Shown here: one piece after another, positions 27,291-39,953 of the stretch
How positions within the stretch are numbered: position 1 is the first letter of the stretch
Layout: the number at the start of each line of letters is the position of its first letter
NCBI RefSeq assembly: GCF_009914755.1
Contig: NC_060925.1
Origin: the human T2T-CHM13v2.0 reference genome, Homo sapiens
Length of the DNA stretch: 64,000 nt
Reading direction: 5' to 3' (one strand)
Translations under genes and position numbers: made by a program
The notes under the pieces: generated by a model
What the model saw: only the letters and a program-made list of their open reading frames with translations
Databases searched by the model: none
Told to the model about the DNA's origin: nothing

Positions 27291-28164
27291 TGAAAAAATA
27301 AAGACACAATAATTTCCAAGTTATTTCTATTTGATTTTGGAATGCATTTCCTGAATTCCCATTTGGTGTAAACACACCCACTCACAAACTACAGATGCCA
27401 TCCTCAGACCTACAGTTGGATATTAATGAAGCAGCTAGAAACATTTCAATGAACTTTAAAGGCTCAACACTCCTAGCACTGCTCTGTTTCTCAGTTCTTG
27501 CTATTCTATTCTTCCCCTCTTTCACTATAATTGGTAAAAGTCTATCTTAAGAAAAAAAAAAAGAAAAATTTGTCCATTTTTAAAATAGGAGGACATCAAA
27601 TGATCTTTACTGCTGCCCCAAGGGTATGGAAATGGTCAGTGTCATATAATACACCCATTTGTGGTTTTAGATCAGATACCCTCCAGGGCAGGAGCTGTGT
27701 TCTTGATACAGTCTGCTTGTTTTAGAGCTTGCAGGCTTGCATAGCATTCTTCTTCTCTAACAACAATTATAAAAATAGCATGGACTTTCTTGTAATCTTA
27801 GTCATAAGCTAAGGAAGGAAGGATTACAAAATTCTGCCAATTTAAGATCATTGATGGAGACCTTAAAAGGTCCTAATAAATGCTTTATATAATATGGAAA
27901 ACCATGTATGAGAGACATGTGCCATGAGTCTTAGGAAAAGACCTTTGAAATTGCACTTAGAGGTAGTAATGTTATACGGAAACAAAATCTTTACTATGAA
28001 ATCTCACTCAGCTGAAAGGGGAAATCCACAACAGGGCTGAGTTAATGTTGAAAGGGCTTCCTAGACCAGCTACTTACCTCTTTATAATTATCTAGGAATA
28101 AATACTTTGGAGCACCTACTATGTAACCTCTTGTGAAAAATACACAGAGGTGAGGTTGTAAAAT

Positions 28165-28410
28165 ATGGAGTTTCAGGGGGAAAGAAAGCTTTGGAGGAAG
28201 ACAGACCTGCATTTCAAACCCAATTCTATCACTTATGAGCTGTTGCTTTGGGGCATATTCATTAACCTCTCTGAGCTTGAGTTTCCGCATGTAAAATGTT
28301 GACGATAACCCTACCTCACATGTTCCTTCTAAGGTTTAAACAAGATAAGGTGTTCAAAGTGCTCAGCACAGTGCTTGGCACAGAATGAATAGTAAATGGT
28401 GACTGCCATC
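28165..28410 (+). mobile_element. MIR SINE
   Basis: cagacctgcatttcaaaccc...taacctctctgagcttgagtttcc...gtaaaatg...cagcacagtgcttggcacag. Confidence 0.8.
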
Positions 28411-28555
28411 TGTTGACATGTATTTAACACAGCTGGCACCAGGTATGACTAGTGTCAAATGAGAAGCATATACAGAAAAACTGTTAGGAATGAAAGTGTG
28501 CTTATAGTGTTCATAGATAGATTGTACTAGCTATTCAAGGAGTAACATATCCTCA

Positions 28556-28916
<361 letters not shown>

Positions 28917-29953
28917 TCACCTTCATATCTTCCTAGCACGTAAAATAATACTGCATCTACAGCAGATCCTGTAATACATATTAAATAATATCTGATCTAT
29001 GTGCTTTCTGTGAGTAGGTGATTGCCTCTTGGAAAGCAGAAACAATGTCCAACTAAAAAAAAAACGTTTCCTTACTATTGAGTACAAACTAGAACTAAAC
29101 AAGGAACAAATGGAATCTAGTTTACCAGCTTTTCTCAGATCCTCATTCTCCTCATGCAATATGCCATAACTGTGTGGTTTGAGGTTAGAAGCTGATAATT
29201 TACCCATTATGTGCCAGGCACCTTGTACCATCTAGCCTAATTTTCTAATAATCCATGTGGGGTAGATACTGGTATCTCCATGGTACAGATGAGAAGCTGA
29301 TGCTTAAAGAGTCTGAGACACTTGCCTAAAGTCATGCAGCTAAGTGCCAATGCTTAGATTTAATTCTAGAACAGCCTGCTGCCTCCTCCCACAGGACACC
29401 GCCTCTTGTTTCAGCTATAGGACTGTGGCGTGGAGAAAGACATCAGGACAAGGCCAATGTCCTGGGAATGGTAGTAGGGTCTTTTTTCTGCATGTCTTTC
29501 CTTGTGATTCCTGAGGAGCTGAGGAGGCTACATCACCAGGACTTTCCCCAGCATCTGCCTTATCCAACTAGGTGACAAGAGCACAGACAAACCATTGTTT
29601 AAGTTAAATTCTAGCTTTTAAGTTCATATGTCAGTGTTCATGCAGAAATGTGAAATGCCTTTTACATGAGTAAGAACTCTTCCCTGAATAGTCAGGACTT
29701 TTCTGCGAATTTATAGGATTTTATTACACAAAGTGTTAAAATAAGTCAGGAAAAAATTCCTTTGAAAACTACTGCCAAGATGAACGTATGCAAATGTTCC
29801 AAAGTCTATTGCTGCTAGGAATAAGAGCAACAGAGAAAATTCATTTGTTTGTTGCTTCCTTGATATTTTAATTACATCTTCTATATCCTCCATACCCCAT
29901 TCAACATTTTCTTAAATCCAACAATATTTATTAAAAATAAAATAAAAAATTTA

Positions 29954-30361
<408 letters not shown>

Positions 30362-32192
30362 AGTGCCTGATAAATTTGTTTTCTTATGAAGTTTTGTGAC
30401 AATCATCATTTTAACTCTGTTTACCAAATAGCATTTTGAGCCTGCAAGTCTGCCAGAAAACTACATTGAATGCCTAGTTTTCTACATGACCTTGGATAGT
30501 TTATTATATTTCAGAACACTTTGGTTGTCTGGTATGAAGCGTATTTGGTTTTCTTCTACTCTTGCTGAAGGCAAACTCATTTTTTTTCCCAAAAAGTATG
30601 TTACATAATTATTGAACTCCTGGAAGAAAATTAGAATATTTTTAATGAAGTGCTATTATGGATAACAATTCCTGTGGAATTTGATCAAGCCTCACCTTTA
30701 GGCAAAAGTATATTTAGTTTACTGTTTGCTTCTTGAAAGTCCTCTCCCCACTCATCCCACCCTATCTCCAGTAGAGGTATGTGAATCCTTATAACAGTCT
30801 TAAGGAGTAGACGTTAATTCCATTGTATAGGAGATAAAACTAATACCCAGGGAGTTTAAGTATTGTGCCTGAAATCACACAAAGCTGAATGGCAAAGTTG
30901 GGGGGTTAAACCACCTATATCTGACACCAAAATCCAATCTCTTCACCTACAGCATGACTTTCTTAGCATTCCCTTAGTTTTCTCTCAAAGGTTTTCTCTT
31001 GACATCTCACTGAGTGGTGGGCTGTTTGATGATTCAAATATAATGGAGTTCTAAGGATATCAATCCCTGCTGTCACCAAATGACTCTCAATTGATTATTG
31101 ATTTCAATTGATTATTGACATCTCAATACTGAGTTCCCCCCAGCACCAGGAGCAAGAGCATAGCATTTAACAAAAGAAATGACAAATAGGAGAAATTACA
31201 AATAATATTTAAGCCACAATTTTTACTCATTCTTTTCTTATTTTCTCAAAATATTTGACAAGTGATAGTCCACACTCTTTGTGTATCAGGATCTCTGGAC
31301 ATTTATAAGGCAAAGTCAGTTGCTGGTCATGAATAGCAACTCAAACAATCCAAGCTTCATGTGGTTAGTATTCTGCCAGCTTGAGGAAACTTGTCTTTGG
31401 CTACAAATAAAAGAAAAGTAGTCCCAAAATTTAAGTGGCTGCCTATGATTACTCATTGCCTTTGAATAGTGGTTACTTTTCATGGTATACAACTACAAAA
31501 TCATTTACATAAAATCCAGTGTAAGAGCTGATTAAATCAGCATCACTTTGTAAACCAAGTGAACAGACACAGAGCTGAAATTCAGACTCCAGATGCTGCA
31601 AAAAATAAAAATAAATAAAGATGCTTTAGAATGCCTGGCTCAGTCCCTGATGTGAGATTTCACAAAAACAAGTTTCTGTTTCACAGAAACAACCCATAGC
31701 ATACTTGCTGAAGAAATTTCAGAGAACAGGAAAGGAATTTGGTCTGACATAATTTTAGGTACAGAAGTGTGATGTTAAGGTAACAGCATAAGCTCTTGTT
31801 TTGATTGTGTCTGTTATCACATGTAAGAACTATAGTTTCAAAGCTCAGGCTAAGGTGGTTGCAAAAGAGGTTTAAGCAGTGGACAAACAGTTGTACTAGA
31901 CCAGGAGAACCAAATAAAACTTTTTCACAGATCCCTAGTGGTTGGTGGCAATGTCTCTGACAACCTGGAGTAAGATTAGGAAGAAGAGTGCTGCAGTGCA
32001 TATGTGCATGTTGTCTGGTGTAAGATTCCAGCTACTCTTTCTGGGAAAGACTGCCCTTTGCAGTGAAATGATAACATTCCTAAAATTTTAGGAGTTAAAA
32101 TCTCTTTTCTTCAAAATGATGAAGATAGTAGGATGCATGTATTTTCTCTTTTTTTCAAATGTCCTTACTTAATTAAATTACTAGTTGGCTAC

Positions 32193-32635
32193 TGTTAAGA
32201 GTTAACTTGTGTCCCCACAACAGATATTGAAGTCCTAATCCGTAGTATCTATGAATGTGGCCTTATTTGGAAATAGTGGTTTTGCAAATGATCAAGTTTC
32301 GAGGAGGACATTAGGGTGGGCCTTAATTCAAGACTGGTGTCCTTATCAAAGGGGGGAAATTTGGACACAGAGACAGATGTATACAAAGAGGAAGATGATG
32401 TGAACACACAGGGATAATGCCATCTACAGGTCAAGAAATGCCTAGGAATGCCAGAAAACTACCAGAAGCTAAGAGAAGCATTGGAACAGATTATCCCTCC
32501 CAGTCCTCAGTAGAGACCAGCCATGCTGACTCCTTGATCTCAAACTTACAGCCTCTGGAGCTGTGAGACAGTAAATTTCCATTCAGCCTCCCAGCTTGTG
32601 GTAAATTGTTACAGCAGCCCTAGGAAGCTAATACA
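32193..32635 (+). mobile_element. MLT1B/C MaLR solo LTR
   Basis: gaatgtggccttatttggaaatag...aaatttggacacagagaca...ttacagcagccctaggaagctaataca. Confidence 0.85.
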
Positions 32636-34589
32636 GCCTTCTTAGGTCAAATTCTTATTTTTGTTTTTATTTGTTTTGCTTTTTGAAATTCTACTAGTTC
32701 TTAAAATCACAGAGTCTGAAAACCCTTATCAGGGGTGGCTGCAAGGTCCCATCCAACCCTAAGATTTTATGATATTTTACACTGCAACAGCTCTTTTCTA
32801 ATTTTTTGACTAGGCGTTAGTGTTCCTCCAGGACTGGAGCTTTTCAGACTCTCCTTGACATAGCAGAGTACAAACAAGCACAACATTTAGGTGTTTCAGA
32901 CCCAAACCTCAGAAAATATCCCACAATATGGCTTGATACTCTAAATGCGGACGCTGGATTTCTTTCCCTGTAGTTTGAGTAGGAGTAAAACTCTAGGCAC
33001 TCCTTGTATAGGATGTAAAAGTAAGTTAGATGTGCCTCCACCCATGGATCCGATGAGGAACGGTGTTTCTCAGAAGCTTAGGGATAAGTGCCTGAGGTCT
33101 GTGGAATGCCTCTTCCTTTTTATATTTGTATTATCAAACAGCCCACCACTCAGCGATCTTGAGACCCCGTTCCCCTTTCCTTTGTCCTCCCAGGCAAGCT
33201 ACATAAGAGGAGGTTAGGGACAGTGAGGTATGTTTTATCTGATTATGCTAGAATGCACTGGTGTCACATTTCCATTGCTTGAAGGGGTTGAAGTGTTCTT
33301 TAGCTTGAAGAAAATCTAACCGGCAATCCATTCACTCATTTATTCATTTGTGAATTCATTCAATGAATAGTAAAAAAGAGGAGTTCTAAGGATATCAATC
33401 CCTGCTGTCACCAAATGACTCTGTAACTACAATAACCACTAAGTGATGAGAACCTCTACCCTCGTTGAATAGAGGAGAACACATGGGATCAAATAATTGA
33501 ACCACAGCTGATGGTCCTGTAGCTGATGAATGTCAGCAACTTGACCTCAGTTCTTTATGACTCCCACGTGTCTGCTGTTTCCATTCTATCAAGCTGCCTG
33601 CCGGTACAACCCACCAAACTGGCATATATCATAGTATCATAAGACATGTCTCCCCTTCAGGAGCTCATTTCTTCCAGTCCTCTTTGCCTCCAGCCAAGGT
33701 CCATCACTTCACAAAAACCTGGTTAAAAGCTCACCTGCTCCAGGAATGTTTCCTGGTTTCCACCTTTACTCAGTCAACCCTTCAGCACCTAGAACTTAAA
33801 TTGTGAAATAAGTTTGTTTGTTTGTTTTGCATTTATTGAGATGCTGTGCTGTTATTGACTTCAACATGTTTTTGTTTGATTTGTATCTCCCTAAAATATC
33901 ATCAGTTCTTCAAAGAAAAAGGCTGCATTTCCTTGTTTCTAGTCCCAACCTTTCTGCCAAGGAGCTATACTACTTAATCTATTTGAACATATCACTTAAT
34001 GTATTTGAACATGTGGTCCTCACTGATTTAAAAAAAAAAGTGAGGGTTGGGGAGTGGGTAATTGGAAAGAAGGTCTCTATGGATATTTTTTACCTTAATA
34101 GTGTGTATTTAGTGTCTCCTATGCATCCCAGTCCTTTGCTGGCTCTGGGAATTGTCCATTTGAGGCTTGTTGCCCAGCATCCTCATGTGAGGGGAACTGT
34201 GGTCTTATCAAGAAGGACTTCTCCTACATCCCTGCTGGGCAACCCAGGCCAATTCTACTGAGTATGAACTTGAGCAACACACACTGATGTCCATCTTGGT
34301 CTTCCTGTTTTTCTCCTTTCCCCTTTTCTTTGGTATTCAGCCATAACTACAACTCCAGATCAAGGTGGTAGATTCTTCTCCACAGCCTGCTCATCTCTAC
34401 AGACATCACTCCTTCTTCCTAAAATGCTCATATACTCCCTGCCCTTTGATTAATTCCTGCTCCTCTAAGACTTCATTATTCCTCATCTCCTCTCGAATGC
34501 CTTCCTTGACCACCAGTCTTCCATCAGTGCTGCTGCTACAACTTGTTAAAATATTTACCCCTCTGCACTGTAACTGCATCATGCAGAAA

Positions 34590-34830
34590 GAACATAGTGT
34601 AGTGGTCATGAGCACAGTCTCTTGGTTTCAGACTGCTCAGGCTGATAATCATCACTGGGCCACTTACTAGCTATGTACCTTGGAAAAGTTAGTTCTTTCT
34701 CTGTTCCTCAGTTTTCTCCTCTGTGAAATGAGGGTAATAATAGTATTTATATTCTGGAGTTTTTTGAGGCTTAAGTAAGTTAATGCATAAAAGCATATAA
34801 AATAGTGAACATATTACCTAGTTAATAATA
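34590..34830 (+). mobile_element. MIR SINE
   Basis: gtagtggtcatgagcacag...ccacttactagctatgtaccttgg...cctcagttttctcctctgtgaaatgagg. Confidence 0.8.
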
Positions 34831-35169
34831 TACAGTGATATAATCTCATGTTCCTTTTTCCCTCTAAAATCTCAAAAAAGGAGATACAATTTTCTTATAA
34901 CATCAAAGTTGTAATGTCTTAAGATCTCTGTTTTATGTTCCTCTTTCTTAACTATTGCCTCTTTCATCACTCACCTCCCATCTGAGCATCCTCTCTTTCC
35001 TTCAATTGCCTGGTGTAATAATACTCACCTACCTTAGCCTGATGCTTGAAGAATGCTCCAAGAAATGGACTATTCTCATATAAAAGGAAAGGATTGGATT
35101 TGTTGCTGAAAGATTAAAAGGCATAATATATGCCAAAATGCTCCAGGTAGAATCTGTCTCAGGAACAGC

Positions 35170-35860
35170 TTGTGAATTCATTAGAGGAATGTTTATTAAA
35201 CATCTGTTCTGTTCCTAGCATTATGTTACTGGGTGCTGGAGATTCAGTCCATGATTTCCTACTGTTTACTGTCTAGTGGGGAATAGAGACAATTACACAT
35301 ACAGTTGTGATACAATGTAAGGAGTAGTGTTGGAGGGAGAAAAAAACACTATGGTAACTTGTGGTGCATATATATAATTCACTCCAGGAAAAGGAGAAGG
35401 CTTCCCAAAGGAAATGGCACCCAGACTGAGTCTCAAAGCATGAATGAAAATTGATCAGCCTTAGAAGAGGAGAAGAGTATCCCAGGCTAACAGGAAATCT
35501 CATGAGAGAAGACATAGAAGCATGAATCACTAATGTGTTTTGAAGCAATTGCAAGGAGTTCTGAGAGAGTGAGGGGTTAGAGGAAATCGGCATGAGCCAG
35601 ATTATATGGTGCTTTTATGCTTCTGCTTGGATTTTACTCTGCAGGATTTTACTCTTAAGGAGCTTTTCAAGAGTTTTAGGGAGGGAACAAACTATATTTG
35701 GGTTTTATACTAGTAGTTGTGTGAAGGGTAAGTTGCAGGGGACTAGAGTAGAAACAGAAATCAGTTTGTAAGTTTGTTACAATAACCCCCATAAAAATCC
35801 TAAGTACTGGAACTAAGGGAGATAAGCAAATAAAAAGCCTGGTGAAGAGATTAGGAGAGA
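35170..35860 (-). mobile_element. L2 LINE relic (approximate bounds)
   Basis: gaatgtttattaaacatctgttctgttcctagca...ttactgtctagtgggg...gccagattatatggtgc...gattttactct. Confidence 0.65.
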
Positions 35861-38800
35861 AAATAGATAAAAGTTCACACCAATTGTCATAGGGTGTAAT
35901 TGTACTATATCCTTCAATGACTCAGTATTAGACTCTTCAATACTTCACTAGACTTTCTGGATGCAATGACTGTAATGGTAGGAATTTTGAATATGTCAGA
36001 AGCAACCTGTGAGTTATAAGGATTCTGAAAACACCTCAGCCACACTTCAGTGACACTAGCCTTTCCCACAGAGGTGCAAGCTTGAACTAAAAAACCTAAA
36101 GCTACCAATTTTCTTCCTTATTTTCTTCAGCATGTTGTTGTTGTTGTTTTGATACAAAGCTTGTTTCAGATTGCCTTTACTTTTATCTTTATTTTTGTCT
36201 TATTTTACTAAATGATTTAACTTTAATTTATTATCTTAAAGACGACTGCCCCTATTTCTTTGCTGGGTGACTGCAAAGCCCCCAGCTCCTATCATGACCG
36301 TGTTTCCTACTCTGTCAGTGGTCAGGTTGTTGGAGTTGGGGGGAAGGGGTGTTCTTACTATGTATACAATAGGGCTGGACCTTGAAGGACAGCTGCTTTG
36401 TATTCTCATTCTGAGTGTCAGCCTCTTTTACATGCAGGAACAAATGATTGAGTGCTTCTGGCTCTGAGTGATGGGAAATGTAGATTGAACTCCTAGAGAC
36501 TATTTCAGTATGCTTTTATATCTCTTTTGTTGGCAATTTTATATCATAGTTATATTAATATACAAATGATGAATTTAGAGCAGAAAGAGGTTGTAAACAC
36601 AGTGTGTTGAGCATTTCTTTAAAGATCCTATTTCTTTCTTGTCCAAGGTGAGATACAAAATGTAATGTATGCAGCTTGGCACGTCATTAAGACAGGTATG
36701 GCCTTTCAGCTCTATATTTCATTTTGAAGGCAGAAGAGGAATGAGAGAGGAAAGCACAGCCTTCTGTAGAGCACCCCCATTATACAGAACTTAGTGTACT
36801 CTATGAAGAATGTCACACATGCCCTGGGAGGTGATCATAATGCATGAACCAATTTATCTTGGATAAACCTCTCCAAGCCCAAGTTACAAAGCAGTGAGGG
36901 TCGGGACTTGATTGTCCTGCTATTTGATTATTTATTGCAAGTATGTATGATGGACCAGTAGGAGGAAACAGATAGGAGTGTCTTAGACATACTGCAAGGG
37001 TATGGCCCAGAAATTATTGTTTAGTGAGGTTCAAATGGACTTCTCCTGGGAGAAACCATGCCGTATGTGGTAAGACTGATGTCCAAGCCCATAGGAAAAA
37101 CAGGAAGAGAAAACCCCTTAGTCTCCTGGCTGATCCCCAGAGATCTCATTCTGAGTTTAGAGGTTTAAGTGGTAGGCCTGAAACTTGGGACACTGTTGTA
37201 TGTGGACTAAAGTTAACTGCTTTTGGAGTGGGGCAGGCTTCTGTCTTGTTCCGCAAATGCTCACAAATCTAAGCTGTCCCTAAATTCGCAGAGTGGGACT
37301 AAAGGAGCTGTAAGACAACATGTCATCATCAGCTGTTATGTGGAGGTTGGATATGAAGAACAGGAATTGTGAAATATGTTGGTTTCAACCAAGAGTTTAT
37401 TTGGGCTTCCCTGGATATTGTGTTGGTAAAAAGAGAGATTATGTCCATTAACATACTACCACGAAATTAAGTTGTATTATAGTAGAAATAAGAAATCAGA
37501 GGAATCCATTGTCAATTGATGTTGTGCCAACTCCCAGAATAGTTATTTGTATTAACTGATTTATCCACCTTTTTGGAATACCAATTATGTGCCAGATGCT
37601 GCACTGGCACCATGATTATTGTGAAGAGCAAAGGCAGTACCTACCTTCAAAGAATTTACAGTTTAAGGAATATGTGAGTATAACTATTTAATCTAGGAGA
37701 TTCTGAGACAGGTGTTCGCTTCAAAAGGAAAAGCTTTTGAAAAATCATGAAGGCAACTGTGTACCTACCACATACAGCATTGGTAATGTTTAGAAAATGA
37801 GACAAAATTCAATCTTCTGTTTACTTTATCCCAAACATAGTTTTGGATTTTAAACATAAGATGGAGTAAGGATTTCACTACAAAAAGGATACGGGAAAGT
37901 AAAGAGAAAAACCAATTTATTAAACTTCAAAAATATCAGCCTAAATCAAAGCTCAGGGCAGAGATTTGAGGAGAGAATAGAGACTCAAACAGCTTCTCTG
38001 TACCTTCGCCTACCTCAACCAAGAGTTAAGCAAAGTAAGATGATATCCGAAATATCAGTTATTACTGACAGTGAAGGTATAGACTCTCCACCCGAAAAAA
38101 ATATATTTTCACAGAAGAAAACCTTCCTTAAAAAAGGAAGAAAAGATACCTATAAGTCAATTTTTAAAAATAACAATAATTACTGCCACCACAATAATAA
38201 TAATAAAGAAATGTCCAAATAGGGAGAATAAGACAAAGTTATCAGTAGAATTTACACCACTGAAAAGGCAATAAGACTCTACAGCTTTTATTTCAGCTGC
38301 CTCCACAGGGTAGTAGACCAGGTAAACCTGAGGGAGGAGGTTGTCAGGTGCCATGCAGTTCTACACGGTTCCATGAGGTTCACCAACCTCTGCTGAAAAG
38401 GTACCACATGTCTGGCAACTGGCCATAGGCAGTAGGTGGTATAAAGATGAATGAGTCACTATCTGTATCTTGAAGACATGAGAAAAACAACACTCAGTTT
38501 CATGGAGAAGCAGACAGGTGCTCAGCTACAACAGTAAAGGTCACACTGTGATAAGTGCTGGAATCAAGACAGAAAGCCCAAAAATCTAACAGATTTGGAG
38601 AGAAAAGAGAGAGCAGTCTTTCTTAATGATTAGAAATACTTCACAGAAGAGGGTGGAAAACAGTGTTGAGTTCCAGAAAGAGAGGAAAGGCATCAAAGGA
38701 ATTGCACAGGGTAGGAAAGTACAACGGATATTCAGAAAACACCAGAAAGTTCTGTGTAGTTGGTTAGGGCAGGAGGCAGAGCTGACTTATGTACTGGACA

Positions 38801-38909
38801 ACTTATTTACCAAATCAAAGATTTGGAACTGAAATCCACTAGCAAGTGGCAGTTAGTGAATCAGAGAGGGGGATATTGAGCCTAAGAAAAGAGAAACACT
38901 CATAATACC

Positions 38910-39389
38910 TGTAGCGGGTTGAATGCTGGCCCCCCAAAAGATATGCCTCATGTCCTAATTCCCAGAACCTGTAAAAGTTAGCTTATTTGGAAAAAGAAAC
39001 TTTGCATATATAATAGTTAAGATCTTGAGATGAAAAGATCATCTAGGATTATTCAGCTGGGTCCAAAATCCAGTAACAAGTGCCCTCATAAAGAAAGCAG
39101 CAGGAGATTTGAGACAGACACAGAGGGGAAGGTGTTGGGAAGACGAAGGCAGAGATTGAAGTAATGTGACTACAAGCCAAGGAACACCAAGGAATGCCAA
39201 CAGCCAACAGAAGCTGGAAGAGGCAAGGAATGAATTCTCTTCTAGAGCCTTCAGAAGGGATGTGACCCCCACTGTCACCTTAATTTTAGGCTTCTGGTCT
39301 CCAGAACTGGAAGAAAATAGTTTTGGGTAGTTTTAAGTCATCAAAGTTATGGTAATTTATTACAACAGCCCTGGAAAAGCAACATAACA
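38910..39389 (+). mobile_element. MLT1C/D MaLR solo LTR
   Basis: tgtagcgggttgaatgctggccccccaaaagatatg...caagccaaggaacaccaaggaatgccaacagcc...ctagagccttcaga. Confidence 0.85.
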
Positions 39390-39953
39390 CCTCAAAACTA
39401 ATCATTATAAGTGAGATAGTAATGACTAACATAGATATAATGCCTTTCGATTTACAAATCTTTGTACAGATAATTTTATTTTATTCTCATGACAAAACAA
39501 TAGGTAGCTATTATGGTTTCTTTTTCCATTTATTGTTGAGGAAACTGGGCTTCAAAGAAATAAAATCACCTTCTTAAGTTAATTCAAACTTCTATCTCTA
39601 TCTCCCTGTTTTCACTACGAACCCATGCTTCTTTGGTAATGAATCAGTCCTCAGAGCTACCACTTTTCCCACTCATACATGGTTGACAGCTTTAAATGGC
39701 ATCCAAGAGTCTTTTGCAGGCCCAGACTGGGGAATAAACCAGAGGAGGAGGGAAAAAGAGAGAGGGAACCAAAAGGGATCACAATTACGGTATTCTAAAT
39801 AAGGATAAAAACAGCCCTTTTCCAATTATCCTGGGTTTCAGCTACTTACTCTTGTAATACTGGGTAAGATTTCAAACTCCTTGAATCTCAGTTTTCTCTT
39901 CTGTAAAATGAGCATAAAAATTCTTCCCTCGGTTGGTTTAAAGATTAGATGAG

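Noticed and set aside
29415-29470. Possible small exon (ttgtttcag|CTATAG...GAATG|gtagta)
   Set aside because: Weak donor and no supporting frame or neighbouring exon.
33818-34261. 147-aa ORF
   Set aside because: Non-ATG start, low-complexity hydrophobic composition, crosses an A-run and partly L2-like sequence; no protein similarity recognised.
38428-38442. CTCF-like GCAGTAGGTGGTA
   Set aside because: Two mismatches at informative core positions.
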